Shown here: in pieces, positions 40,345 through 50,147 of the stretch
Position numbering within the stretch: the stretch's first letter is position 1
Layout of the letters: each line of letters begins with the position of its first letter
DNA from: an uncultured Corynebacterium sp.
Lineage (GTDB): Bacteria; Actinomycetota; Actinomycetes; Mycobacteriales; Mycobacteriaceae
Reading direction: 5' to 3'
DNA: 64,000 nucleotides
Assembly (NCBI RefSeq): GCF_946222985.1
Contig: NZ_CAMIFY010000002.1
Location: 21,938-85,937, forward strand
The notes under the pieces: generated by a model
What the model saw: only the letters and a program-made list of their open reading frames with translations
Told to the model about the DNA's origin: nothing
Database searches by the model: none
Program-made: the position numbers and the translations under genes

Positions 40345-41127
40345 ATGACAGCTTCGGATGCCCCCGCCACCACCGACGACACCGGAATCGCCGTCCTCGA
40401 CTGCGGGCAATGGCGTCGCGTCCTGTGCGTCGTCGCGCACCCCGACGACACGGAATACGGCATCTCCGCGGCCGTCAGCGCCTGGAGTCGCTCGGGCATC
40501 GACGTGTCCTACCTGCTGCTGACCTCCGGCGAAGCGGGGATGCAACGCGATCCGGCCGAGGTCGGGCCGCTGCGCGCGAAGGAGCAGGAGGCCGCGTGCG
40601 CCCGCGTCGGCGTCGACGCCGACGACCTGGTCATCCTCGACCACCCCGACGGCCACCTCGTCGAGGGGCTCGACCTGCGCCGCGACATCGCCCGGCGCAT
40701 CCGCCAGTTCCGGCCCGACGCCGTGGTGACGTTGACCTTCGAATTCGAAGCACCCCACGGCCTCAACCAGGCCGACCACCGCGTCGCCGGCCGCGCCGCC
40801 ATCGACGCCGCACGGGATGCGGCGAACCGGTGGGTCTTCCGCGAGCTCGCCGAGGACGAGGGCCTCGAGCCGTGGGAGCCCGACGTGTTCCTGGTGGGGC
40901 AGGTGAACAACCCCACCCACGTCGTGCCGGTGGCCGCCGACGACGTCGACGCCGCCGTCGAGTCCCTCGCCTGCCACGAGCAGTACCTCGCCGACCTGCC
41001 GGACCACCCGAAGCCCGCGGATTTCATCCCGCCGATGCTGGCCGACGCCGGCGCACTCGTCGGCGAGCCGCACGGCGTCGCCTTCCGGGTTCACGAGCTC
41101 GGCGGCGTGGCCAAGTCCCGCGACTGA
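40345..41127 (+). CDS. PIG-L family deacetylase (LmbE/MshB-like)
   Basis: AHPDDTE zinc-binding motif near N-terminus, 260 aa. Confidence 0.8.
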   Translation: MTASDAPATTDDTGIAVLDCGQWRRVLCVVAHPDDTEYGISAAVSAWSRSGIDVSYLLLTSGEAGMQRDPAEVGPLRAKEQEAACARVGVDADDLVILDHPDGHLVEGLDLRRDIARRIRQFRPDAVVTLTFEFEAPHGLNQADHRVAGRAAIDAARDAANRWVFRELAEDEGLEPWEPDVFLVGQVNNPTHVVPVAADDVDAAVESLACHEQYLADLPDHPKPADFIPPMLADAGALVGEPHGVAFRVHELGGVAKSRD

Positions 41128-41278
41128 CCCCGGGGCCCGCATCCCCGCTGGGTCGGTTGCACCCGTTCTTTGTCGGCCCCGGGTTATTCGCGTTAAATCA
41201 GTGAGGGATCACGCACGCGCCCGGGTGATCGATGACCGACACACGCAACTACCGACTCGACGTGAGGGGGAGCGCCGG

Positions 41279-41629
41279 ATGGTGGAGCTCGCGGCCCTGG
41301 CGGTCGTCGTCATCCTCGTCCTCAACCTCGTCGTCGCCACGGTCATGACCTGGCGCCGGCATCCCCGCGACGGGTGGTTGCCGGTCATCCTCCTCGGCGG
41401 CACCTCGATGATCGCCGTCGTCGCGGTGGGCACGATGCTGCTGCCCGAAACCGCCCTCAACCGCGATCGGGGGATCGACGTCGCCCTCGTCGTGGCGTTC
41501 ATGGCCGCCGTGGCGGCGGTGGTTCCTGCGGTACTGGTGCGGGCCGCCGCCAAGCAGGATGCTGCGGGCCGGACTCCGGGCTCCGACTCCGACCCCGAGC
41601 CCGCGCAGGACCCGGAGGCCGCGTCGTGA
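41279..41629 (+). CDS. monovalent cation/H+ antiporter subunit F-like (MrpF/MnhF)
   Basis: ~116 aa, three TM helices; immediately precedes mrpG with GTGA overlap. Confidence 0.5.
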   Translation: MVELAALAVVVILVLNLVVATVMTWRRHPRDGWLPVILLGGTSMIAVVAVGTMLLPETALNRDRGIDVALVVAFMAAVAAVVPAVLVRAAAKQDAAGRTPGSDSDPEPAQDPEAAS

Positions 41630-41961
41630 GCTTCCTCCTCGACCTCCTCACGGTCGTGCTCCTGCTGGTTGGCTCGGCGTTTTTCACCGCCGGGACGATC
41701 GGCCTGATCCGGTTCCCCGACATCCGCAGCCGCCTGCATGCGCTGACCAAGGCCGACGGGCTCGGGTTGGGGTTCATCGTGCTGGGCGTCGTCCTGCAGG
41801 CGCCGTCGGCGGCGGTCGGCGCCCTGGCGGTGTTCGCGTGGGTGGCCGCGTTGGCGGCGGCGTCGGCCTCCGCGCGGGTGATCGCGGCGAGGGCCGCGCA
41901 CCGCGAGCCCGGGCCCCGTCGTGATCCGCAGCGGAAGGCGGTGACCGATGTTGATGGCTGA
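41626..41961 (+). CDS. mrpG: monovalent cation/H+ antiporter subunit G (MrpG/MnhG)
   Basis: Signature GTIGLIRFPDIRSRLHALTKADGLG; GTG start overlapping upstream stop. Confidence 0.75.
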   Translation: MSFLLDLLTVVLLLVGSAFFTAGTIGLIRFPDIRSRLHALTKADGLGLGFIVLGVVLQAPSAAVGALAVFAWVAALAAASASARVIAARAAHREPGPRRDPQRKAVTDVDG

Positions 41962-42970
41962 GCCCGCTTTCCGTGAGGTGGACCGCGTCCTCGGCGTCGC
42001 CGACATCGTCGTCGGGGTGGGGCTGCTCGCACTGGCGTTGGGTGCGCTGTTCGCCCGCACGCGCCCGGTGGCCGTGATGCTCTTCCTCTGCACGGGCGCG
42101 CTGATGATCCCCACGTGGCTGCGGCTGGGCACCGTCGACATGGCGCTTGCCGAGGGCGCGTTGGGCACGGGCATCCTCACCGCGCTCCTGCTTGCGGTCA
42201 CCGTCGACCGGAGGTCGCTCGACGACGCCGACGGTGCCACCGGCCACGAGAACGGTTCCGGTGGCGGGGGCACTCGATTGCGGTGGTTGGCCGGGGTATC
42301 GCGGGTCGCCGTGATGGCGACGTCCATCTCCGTCGTCGCAGTGCCGGGTGCGGCGCTGCTGAGCACCATCGACGCCCGCGACCCCGCTTTCACCTGGTCG
42401 GAGCCGATGGCGGCTGCGATGCCGCACTCCGGGGTGGACTACGCCGTCACAGCGGTGCTGTTGAACTTTCGCGCCGTGGATACGCTGCTCGAATCCGCCG
42501 TGCTTCTGTTCGCGGCGATCGCCGCGGCGTCCATCGCCTCCGCCGCCCTCGGCGAGGACGCGGCCCCGCTTGCACCGACCGCGGTGCCCGGCGTCTCGTG
42601 GTTCGGCAACATCCTCGGCCCCATGGCGCTGCTCCTCGGCGGCTGGCTGCTCTACGCGGGCGCGAGTTCCGCGGGCGGCGCGTTCCAGGCCGGGGCCGTG
42701 TGGGCCGGTGGGTTGGTCATGCTCCACGCCGCCGGCGCCGGGTGGCTCATGCGGTCGCGGCGGGCGCTGACCATCGTCGCCGTCTCCGGGGTGGCGGTGT
42801 TCCTCGCCGCCGCGTTCGTCGGCCCGATCACCGGCGACGCATGGCTCGCCCTCGACCCCGCATGGGCCGGGGCGGTCGTCGTCGCCGTGGAAACCGCTCT
42901 GGCCCTCGGCATCGCCGCCGCGCTGGTGCAGTTGTACCTCGTGCTCATCGGGCGGGAGGTGCGCCCATGA
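41948..42970 (+). CDS. MnhB domain protein (DUF4040 + MrpB-like; corresponds to MrpA C-terminal region fused to MrpB)
   Basis: MnhB-like block GVDYAVTAVLLNFRAVDTLLESAVL, multiple TM segments, 340 aa. Confidence 0.6.
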   Translation: MLMAEPAFREVDRVLGVADIVVGVGLLALALGALFARTRPVAVMLFLCTGALMIPTWLRLGTVDMALAEGALGTGILTALLLAVTVDRRSLDDADGATGHENGSGGGGTRLRWLAGVSRVAVMATSISVVAVPGAALLSTIDARDPAFTWSEPMAAAMPHSGVDYAVTAVLLNFRAVDTLLESAVLLFAAIAAASIASAALGEDAAPLAPTAVPGVSWFGNILGPMALLLGGWLLYAGASSAGGAFQAGAVWAGGLVMLHAAGAGWLMRSRRALTIVAVSGVAVFLAAAFVGPITGDAWLALDPAWAGAVVVAVETALALGIAAALVQLYLVLIGREVRP

Positions 42971-43281
42971 TCGGAGACGTCGGGGCCATCCCGGTCATCA
43001 CGTGGTACCTCGTGCTGGGCGCCGTGCTCTTCGCCGCGGGCCTGGGACGGTCGATGACGGCCCGCGACCGGGTGGCGCAGATCATCGGGTTCAACGTCAT
43101 GGGCTTGGGCTCCCTCATCGTTCTCGTCGCCGTCGGAGCCCGCGCGGGAGCACCGGACCCGTCCCTGACGGCGCTGGCAATCACCGGGCTCGTCATCACC
43201 GTGGCGTTCACCGGAGTCGGCGTCGCACTCGTGCGCGCCATCGAAACCGACGACGAGGAGGCCGACGATGAACGCCGGTGA
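42967..43281 (+). CDS. mrpC: cation:proton antiporter subunit C (MrpC, NuoK-like)
   Basis: 104 aa, three TM helices, NuoK/MrpC-like; ATGA overlaps with both neighbours. Confidence 0.7.
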   Translation: MIGDVGAIPVITWYLVLGAVLFAAGLGRSMTARDRVAQIIGFNVMGLGSLIVLVAVGARAGAPDPSLTALAITGLVITVAFTGVGVALVRAIETDDEEADDERR

Positions 43282-44902
43282 GATCGTCCTCGGATTGGTG
43301 ATTTTCCTGCCGCTGCTCGGTGCGCTGGTCAGCGCGGTCGCGCCGACGACGCCCATCCGCTCGCTCGTGCGCATCCCGGATTCGGGCAACGGCTCGCACA
43401 CCGGGTCGGGCAGCGTCGGCCACGGTGCCGTCGCCGGAGTCCGCCGCCCCGACTGGCGGGGACTGTCCGGGGTCTTGTTCGCCATCGCCACCGCCGCCGC
43501 CTCCATCGCCCTGGCCGTCCACGTCGGCGCGGCCGGCGAACCCGTGGAGCTCGCGCCGGGAGGGTGGGGCGCCCCGTTGGGCGTGCGCTGGATCGCAGAC
43601 GGCCTCGGCGTCATGTTCGTGGCGCTGACGGGCGTCGTCGGGTTGGCGGCCTCCATCGTCGCCGCCGTGCTGCCCGGTGCCACCGGAGTCGACGGGCGAC
43701 CCGCCCCGGCCTTCTGGCCGCTGTGGCTGGGTTGTTGGACGGGCCTGAATACCGTCCACGTCTCGGGTGACTTCTTCAACATCTACGTCGGGTTGGAGCT
43801 CGCCGGACTCACCGCCGTCGGGCTGGTGGCCCTGGGCGGCCGCGAAGCCTGGGCCGCGGCATTCCGGTACCTCATCGTCACCGTCGTCGGCTCGATGCTG
43901 TTCCTGCTGGCCGTGGGCCTCATCGCCTCCGACACCGGCACCCTCGACTTCCGCATGGCCGTCGAGATCATCGGCGCCCACGAGACCATGCCCCCCGCCA
44001 TCACCATCGCCGTATTGCTGGGCACGGCGGGCATGGCATTGAAGTTCGCGCTCGCCCCGCTGCACGGGTGGCTCATCCCCGCCCACTCCTCGGCGCCGTC
44101 GGTGGTGTCGCCCCTGCTGTCCGCTTTGGTCATCAAGGCGCCCGTCGTGGTGCTGCTGCGCCTGTGGACCGGCATCGCCGACGATTCCGCCGCACACGCC
44201 GCCGCCTCGTGGATCCTCGGGGCGATGGGCGTCACCGCCCTGCTGTGGGGCTCGATCATGGCCATCCGGCAAACCAGTCTGAAGAAGCTCATCGCGTACT
44301 CCACCGTCGCCCAGGCCGGGTACTGGGTCGTCGCCATGCCCATCATCGGCGACCCGGACGTCGTCGAGCAGGGGCTCACCGGCCCCGACGCCGATCACAC
44401 GGTGCTGTTCTGGGTGCTCACCGGCACGGTGGCGCTGATCGTCGCCCATGGTCTGGCCAAGGCGGCGCTGTTCCTGGTCGCCGGATTGCTCAAGGAGCAT
44501 TACGGCACGGACGACATGGACGAATTGTCCGGCGCGGGCCGGGAGCACCCGATCCTGGCCATGACCGCCGGCCTGTCCGCCATCGCCCTGGCGGGCATGC
44601 CGCCATCACTGGCGTTCGGCGGCAAATGGCAGGTGGCCACCGGCGCGGTGATGGAACGCCAGTGGTGGATCCTCGCGGTCGTGGTCGTCTCCACGCTGCT
44701 CAGCGTCGCCTACCTGCTGCGAATCCTCGCCCCCATGCTCCGCGACACCGGTGAAACCCGCCGCGCTGCCATCCGCCCCACCGGCCCGGCCATCCCGCCG
44801 ATCGCCGCCGGGGCCGCACTTGCCCTGGCCGTCGCGGCCGTGGCGTCCGGATTCGTCGTCGTCCACTTCGACGCCCTGCTTCAGATCGGGGGCCAGGCAT
44901 GA
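43268..44902 (+). CDS. proton-conducting membrane transporter, complex I ND5/MrpA/MrpD family (subunit 1 of 3)
   Basis: Antiporter-like signature ALAPLHGWLIPAHSSAPSVVSPLLSA, 14+ TM. Confidence 0.8.
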   Translation: MNAGEIVLGLVIFLPLLGALVSAVAPTTPIRSLVRIPDSGNGSHTGSGSVGHGAVAGVRRPDWRGLSGVLFAIATAAASIALAVHVGAAGEPVELAPGGWGAPLGVRWIADGLGVMFVALTGVVGLAASIVAAVLPGATGVDGRPAPAFWPLWLGCWTGLNTVHVSGDFFNIYVGLELAGLTAVGLVALGGREAWAAAFRYLIVTVVGSMLFLLAVGLIASDTGTLDFRMAVEIIGAHETMPPAITIAVLLGTAGMALKFALAPLHGWLIPAHSSAPSVVSPLLSALVIKAPVVVLLRLWTGIADDSAAHAAASWILGAMGVTALLWGSIMAIRQTSLKKLIAYSTVAQAGYWVVAMPIIGDPDVVEQGLTGPDADHTVLFWVLTGTVALIVAHGLAKAALFLVAGLLKEHYGTDDMDELSGAGREHPILAMTAGLSAIALAGMPPSLAFGGKWQVATGAVMERQWWILAVVVVSTLLSVAYLLRILAPMLRDTGETRRAAIRPTGPAIPPIAAGAALALAVAAVASGFVVVHFDALLQIGGQA

Positions 44903-46428
44903 TCGACGGCGGACTCGTCGCCCCCTTCCTGGTGCTCCTGTCCTTCGCGGTGGCGCTTCTCATCTTCCCGCTGGCCAACCACCGCACCGTGACGCGTTCG
45001 GCGATCAACGTGACGGCGGCCGTCGTCAAGCTCGGTTTCGTCATCTATCTGATCCCCACCGTCATCGGCGATGGCGTCCACCCCGAATGGTCGATGGGCT
45101 TCCTGCCCGGAATCGACCTGGTGCTGCGCGTCGACCGGTTCGCACTGTTCTTCGCCGGTTTGTCGGCCCTGCTGTGGCTGCTGACCACGCTGTACGCCAT
45201 CGGCTACCTCAAGGGCACGGAGCACCGGAGCCGGTTCTTCGGGTTCTTCAGCCTCTGCGTCACCGCCACCGTCGGCATCTCGTTTTCCGGCAACCTGATC
45301 ACCTTCCTGGTCTTCTACGAACTGCTCACCCTGGCCACCTACCCGCTGGTGGCGCACAAGGGCGACGCGAAATCGCTGGCCGCCGGCCGCGTCTACCTCC
45401 GCTACGCCCTGTCCGGCGGGCTGGCGGTGCTGTGCGGCGTGGTGTGGCTGACCGTGCTGGCCGGGCCCGTCGACTTCTCCGAAGGCGGCGCCGCGGGACT
45501 CGCGGAACTGGTGCCCGAGCACCCGGTCGCGCTGACGGTCATCTTCGCGCTGCTCGTCGGAGGCATGGGGGTCAAGGCGGCGCTGGTGCCGCTGCACGGT
45601 TGGCTGCCCCGCGCCATGGTCGCCCCCGCGCCGGTCAGCGCCCTGCTGCACGCCGTCGCCGTCGTCAAGGCCGGCGTGTTCGGCATTTGCCGCGTCGTCG
45701 ACGACGTCTACGGCATCGAGGTCGCCGAGGAGCTCGGGGTGCTCGACCCGCTGCTGGTCCTGGCGTCGATCACCATCGTTTACGGTTCATGGGTGGCGCT
45801 GCGCCAAACCGACCTGAAGGCGCGGCTGGCGTATTCGACGGTGTCCCAGGTGTCCTACGTCGCGCTGGGCCTGGCCATGGCCGACGTCGTGGCCACCAGC
45901 GGCGGCATCCTCCACCTGGTCCACCAGGGCATCATGAAGATCACCCTGTTCTTCTGCGCCGGTTTGTTCGCCGAGGTGATGGGTCGCAAGGCGATCGCGG
46001 AGCTGCGCGGCATGGGGCATCGGATGCCGTTGACGTCGGTCGCCTTCACCGTGGCGGCGTTCGGCATGATCGGGTTGCCGCCGACGGCCGGGTTCATCTC
46101 CAAGTGGCAGCTGGGGCAGGGCGCACTGCTGTCCGGCAACACGTGGGTGCTGGGCGTGCTCGTCGCGTCGACGTTGCTCAATGCCGCCTACTTCCTGCCC
46201 ATCGTCTACGACCTGTGGTTCCGCGAGGACGATCGTGACGGCGACGACGATGGGTCGGGCCCCCGCAACGAGGCCCGGCGCGGTTCCGGTGACGTCCGTG
46301 CCCCGCGCCTGATGCTCGTGCCCGCACTGGTCACGACCACCGCGGTCCTCGCGCTCGGCGTCTTCGCCGCGGCGCCGTACTCGCCGCTGCAGGTCGCCGA
46401 GGTCATTTCCGAGGGGGTCTTCCGATGA
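44899..46428 (+). CDS. proton-conducting membrane transporter, MrpD/NuoM-N family (subunit 2 of 3)
   Basis: ALVPLHGWLPRAMVAPAPVSALLHAV signature; 4-bp overlap with neighbours. Confidence 0.8.
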   Translation: MIDGGLVAPFLVLLSFAVALLIFPLANHRTVTRSAINVTAAVVKLGFVIYLIPTVIGDGVHPEWSMGFLPGIDLVLRVDRFALFFAGLSALLWLLTTLYAIGYLKGTEHRSRFFGFFSLCVTATVGISFSGNLITFLVFYELLTLATYPLVAHKGDAKSLAAGRVYLRYALSGGLAVLCGVVWLTVLAGPVDFSEGGAAGLAELVPEHPVALTVIFALLVGGMGVKAALVPLHGWLPRAMVAPAPVSALLHAVAVVKAGVFGICRVVDDVYGIEVAEELGVLDPLLVLASITIVYGSWVALRQTDLKARLAYSTVSQVSYVALGLAMADVVATSGGILHLVHQGIMKITLFFCAGLFAEVMGRKAIAELRGMGHRMPLTSVAFTVAAFGMIGLPPTAGFISKWQLGQGALLSGNTWVLGVLVASTLLNAAYFLPIVYDLWFREDDRDGDDDGSGPRNEARRGSGDVRAPRLMLVPALVTTTAVLALGVFAAAPYSPLQVAEVISEGVFR

Positions 46429-48236
46429 TGTCCTGGGCCCCCATGTACGCCGCGCCGCTGGCGGTGCTGTTCGGGTTGCTGTTCTCCGGCTTGACGACGG
46501 TCCGCGCCCGACCCCGCTCCCGCGAGGTCCTGGCGGTGCTCGCGCCCCTGACCACCCTGCCCGCCCTCGTCCCCGCACTGTCGCCGCCCGAGCAAGGGGC
46601 GCACGTCGAGTGGCTGCTTCTGGGCACCCGCCTGAACATGGACGGGCTGGCCAGGCCATTGGTCGTCGTGGCGGTCATCCTCTACTTCACGGCCCTGGCG
46701 GCCATCGGCTGGCGTCGCAAAGCAGACGGGGACCGCAGGGCGGGAGACGACCGCCGGGCCGTGCTGGCCGGCTTCCTGCTCGCTGCGTACCTGGGCAACG
46801 TCACCGTCTACGTCGCCGCCGACACCGCCACGTTCTACCTCGCCTTCGCCGTGATGAGCTTCGCCGCCTTCGGCGCGATCATCCACGATCTGTCGAAGAA
46901 GGCGCGGTTCGCGTCGAAGGTGTACATCGTCATGTCGGTGGTCAGCGAAGTGTCGGTGCTGTCGGCGATGCTCATCATCACCGCCGCCTCCGGGCCGCTG
47001 ATCGCCGACGCGCCGGCCGCCGTGGCAGAGCACCCGTTGTCCGGGTTGATCATCGCCCTGCTCATCGTCGGCTTCGGCGTCAAGGCCGGCACGGTGCCCC
47101 TGCACGTGTGGCTGCCGTTGGCGCACCCCGCCGCCCCACCTGCAGCGTCGGCCGTACTGTCCGGCGCGATGGTCAAGGCCGGCGCCCTGGGCTGGCTGCG
47201 GTTCCTGCCGCTGGGGGAGGGGCCCGACCGCACCTGGGGCATGGTCCTGCTTGCGTTGGCGCTCTTCGGTGCCTTCGCGGCCCTCGTCGTCGGCGCGGTG
47301 CAGAAGGACCCCAAGGTCGTCCTCGCGTACTCCACGATCTCGCAGCTGGGTTTCATGGGCGCGGTCATCGCCGTGGGCATGCTGGAACCGGCGCTGGCCG
47401 CCGCGTGCGCCTGGGCGACCGTCGTCTACGCCGTCCACCACGGCATCGCCAAGGGGGCGCTGTTCCTCGGCGTGCAAATGTGGCGGGAACTGCACCGCGG
47501 CCCGTGGAAGTGGCCGGTCATCGCCGGTATGGCAGTGTCCGCCGCCGCGGTGGCGGGCGCTCCGTTCACCTCCGGCGCGCTCGGCAAATACGTGTCCAAG
47601 AAGGCCGTCGAGGACCTCGGCGTCGACTGGTTGCCCCTCGATTCGCTGCTGCCGCTCATCGCCACCGGCTCGACGATCCTGCTCATCCGCGTCGCCATGC
47701 TGCTCCACCGGGAAGACACCGTCGAGGAACCGGGCGGCACGCCGGTCACCGCCGCATGGCTGGCGCTGGCACCGCTCGGGGTGGCGGTGCCGTGGCTCAT
47801 CGCCCGAAAATGGGTGCCGCTCGACCCACCGTCGCCGGAACCGGCGGTGCTGTGGGACTCCGTGTGGCCCATCGGGTTGGGCGTGCTCATCGCCGTCGGC
47901 TCGTGGTGGGTGATGACGCGCAAGCGATGGTTCGGCGAACGACTCGACTCCGTGTTCGCCGACCCGATTTTTCCGCCGGGCGATGTGCTCGGCCCGGAAC
48001 TGGTGGCCGCCCGGTCCGTGGCCCGCACCGTCCGCCGCGGTGACGACCGCGTTCGGGCGGCCGGCGGTGCGGTCGGCGATGCGGTCGCCGCTGGTGCGCG
48101 GTCGGGGGCGCGGGCCACGGTGCGGGCGGTCGGCACCGCCGACTCGAAGCTGGCCGTCTCCGCCGTCTCGGGGTCGGTGCTGCTCGTACTCGTCGTCGTG
48201 TTCATGGCGATCGTCGTAATCACCGGAGGTGCCTGA
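46425..48236 (+). CDS. proton-conducting membrane transporter, MrpD/MrpA-like family (subunit 3 of 3)
   Basis: GTVPLHVWLPLAHPAAPPAASAVLSG signature; 603 aa with C-terminal extension. Confidence 0.75.
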   Translation: MMSWAPMYAAPLAVLFGLLFSGLTTVRARPRSREVLAVLAPLTTLPALVPALSPPEQGAHVEWLLLGTRLNMDGLARPLVVVAVILYFTALAAIGWRRKADGDRRAGDDRRAVLAGFLLAAYLGNVTVYVAADTATFYLAFAVMSFAAFGAIIHDLSKKARFASKVYIVMSVVSEVSVLSAMLIITAASGPLIADAPAAVAEHPLSGLIIALLIVGFGVKAGTVPLHVWLPLAHPAAPPAASAVLSGAMVKAGALGWLRFLPLGEGPDRTWGMVLLALALFGAFAALVVGAVQKDPKVVLAYSTISQLGFMGAVIAVGMLEPALAAACAWATVVYAVHHGIAKGALFLGVQMWRELHRGPWKWPVIAGMAVSAAAVAGAPFTSGALGKYVSKKAVEDLGVDWLPLDSLLPLIATGSTILLIRVAMLLHREDTVEEPGGTPVTAAWLALAPLGVAVPWLIARKWVPLDPPSPEPAVLWDSVWPIGLGVLIAVGSWWVMTRKRWFGERLDSVFADPIFPPGDVLGPELVAARSVARTVRRGDDRVRAAGGAVGDAVAAGARSGARATVRAVGTADSKLAVSAVSGSVLLVLVVVFMAIVVITGGA

Positions 48237-48807
48237 CGTGGCCGAAATCGGATCCAACGCCGCCCACGCCGTCGGTGCGAGCGGCGGCACCAATTCCATA
48301 GGCAAGGGAACCTACGCCGTCGCGGCGATCCTGCGGGGCCTCGTCTTCGCCGTGACCTGGGCGCTGCTGACCCGCGCCGACGCGTCCTACCTCGGCTACG
48401 GGTTGGTCCTCGTTCCGTCGGCGACCGCGCTGAGCCTCGCCGTGTCCCGGCCGCGCATGGCCCCCGCACCGCGCACGTGGCTGCCGCGGGCGGGACGGTT
48501 CCTCCTGCTGCTGGGCTGGTTCGCCGGGCAGGCGTTCAGCGGCGGCGTGGATGTCGCCACGCGTGCCCTGCGTGGGCCCGCCGACATCGACCCGTACGTC
48601 GCCACGTTGCCCGCACGCCTGCGGCCGGGCCCAGCACGCGAGCTGGCCGAGGCGATGATCAACCTCATGCCGGGCACGGTCGTCGAGGCGAGCGACGAGG
48701 ATTCCGTCGATTTGCACGTTCTCGGTTCCGATCTCGACGCCGCCGCCCAGTGGGCCGAGTTGGAGAATCGCGTCGCCGCGGCGGCGGGCATCACGCTATC
48801 GTCGTAG
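48229..48807 (+). CDS. mrpE: Na+/H+ antiporter subunit E-like (MrpE/MnhE)
   Basis: MnhE pattern: two TM then PGTVVEASDEDSVDLHVL...; overlaps upstream gene. Confidence 0.65.
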   Translation: MPDVAEIGSNAAHAVGASGGTNSIGKGTYAVAAILRGLVFAVTWALLTRADASYLGYGLVLVPSATALSLAVSRPRMAPAPRTWLPRAGRFLLLLGWFAGQAFSGGVDVATRALRGPADIDPYVATLPARLRPGPARELAEAMINLMPGTVVEASDEDSVDLHVLGSDLDAAAQWAELENRVAAAAGITLSS

Positions 48808-48868
48808 GCGGATTCTCAGACGCCGTTCAGCATCGTCGATCCCGTCCCGGAAGGAGCCCCCGCCCAAC

Positions 48869-49666
48869 GTGGAAAACCTGTGGTTCGCCTTCGGCCTGAC
48901 CCTGGCCGCGGGTTTGGCGACGGGCATCGGCGGCCTGATTTCGGTCAGCCGACGCAACCCCGGCCCGAGGTTCATGGCCGGGGCGCTGGGCTTTTCCGCC
49001 GGCGTCATGCTCTACGTGTCGTTCCTCGAGATCCTGCCCAAGGGCGTTGAGGAACTGTCCGAGGCGTGGGGCACCGCCGGCGGATCGTGGGCGGCGATCG
49101 GGGCCTTCTTCGGCGGCATCGCGGTCATCGCGATCATCGACCGCCTGGTCCCGGAGCCGATCAACCCGCATGAGCCGGGCACCATCGACGACCCGGAGGT
49201 CTCCGCGCGGCGCCGGCGGATGATGAAGATGGGCACGATGACGGCGGTGGCCATCGCCATCCACAACTTCCCCGAGGGCTTCGCGACGTTCATCGCGGCG
49301 CTGGAGGACCCGCAGCTGGCCCTTCCGGTCGCCATGGCCATCGCCATCCACAACGTGCCCGAGGGAATCGCGGTGGCGGTGCCGATCCACCAGGGAACCG
49401 GGAGCCGTCGCAAAGCACTGTCGTGGTCGTTCTTGTCCGGCCTGGCCGAACCGGCCGGCGCCCTGATCGGTTTCCTGGTGCTGATGCCGTTGCTCGGCCC
49501 GGTGACCATGGGCATCGCCTTCGCGATGGTCGCCGGCGTGATGGTGTTCATCTCCCTCGACGAGCTGCTGCCGGCCGCGGAGTCGACGGGGCGCCATCAC
49601 ACCGCGATCTACGGCCTCATCGCCGGCATGGCGGTGATGGCCGTGAGCCTGCTGCTGTTCCAGTGA
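48869..49666 (+). CDS. zupT: ZIP family zinc transporter ZupT
   Basis: ZIP signature HNFPEGFA / HNVPEGIA in TM4/TM5; GTG start with GGAAGGAG RBS. Confidence 0.85.
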   Translation: MENLWFAFGLTLAAGLATGIGGLISVSRRNPGPRFMAGALGFSAGVMLYVSFLEILPKGVEELSEAWGTAGGSWAAIGAFFGGIAVIAIIDRLVPEPINPHEPGTIDDPEVSARRRRMMKMGTMTAVAIAIHNFPEGFATFIAALEDPQLALPVAMAIAIHNVPEGIAVAVPIHQGTGSRRKALSWSFLSGLAEPAGALIGFLVLMPLLGPVTMGIAFAMVAGVMVFISLDELLPAAESTGRHHTAIYGLIAGMAVMAVSLLLFQ

Positions 49667-49706
49667 TGGGCTACCGTGACGGAATGAACCGGGGGACGGG
49701 AGGACG

Positions 49707-50147
49707 ATGGTGAGCGCGGGAGCATTGTTCAGGCGAGTTCGGCTTGACGACGCCGCGGCGTGTCCCTGCGGCGGCGTCGCACGCGGGGGCGGGGCGCCGA
49801 CCTACGGGCGGTGTTGCGCGCCGTTGCATCGCAGGGAACGCCTGGCGGAGACGGCCGTGGAGCTCATGGCCGCCCGCTACAGCGCCTACGCCGCGCACGA
49901 GGCGGACTACATCTGGATGACGTGGCATCCGCGGCGCCGCCCCGAGGTGGTCACCTTCGACCCGGACGTGGAGTGGCGCGGATTGGAGATCGTCGACGTC
50001 GTCGACGGCGCCGAGGGCGACCGCGAGGGGATCGTGGAGTTCCGGGCGCGCTACGCCGACGCCGACGGGCCCGGCGAACTGTGGGAGCGCTCGACGTTCA
50101 TCCTGCGCTCGAAGCGCTGGATGTACGTCGACGGGGAGTTCCGCTAG
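49707..50147 (+). CDS. ychJ: YchJ family protein (SEC-C motif, UPF0225)
   Basis: CPCG ... YGRCC SEC-C-like metal motif, NTF2-like C-terminus. Confidence 0.7.
   Translation: MVSAGALFRRVRLDDAAACPCGGVARGGGAPTYGRCCAPLHRRERLAETAVELMAARYSAYAAHEADYIWMTWHPRRRPEVVTFDPDVEWRGLEIVDVVDGAEGDREGIVEFRARYADADGPGELWERSTFILRSKRWMYVDGEFR

Noticed and set aside
46206-48305. Minus-strand ORF 46206..48305 (699 aa)
   Set aside because: Antisense of the third MrpD-like subunit. Its composition is Arg/Gly/His/Asp-rich.
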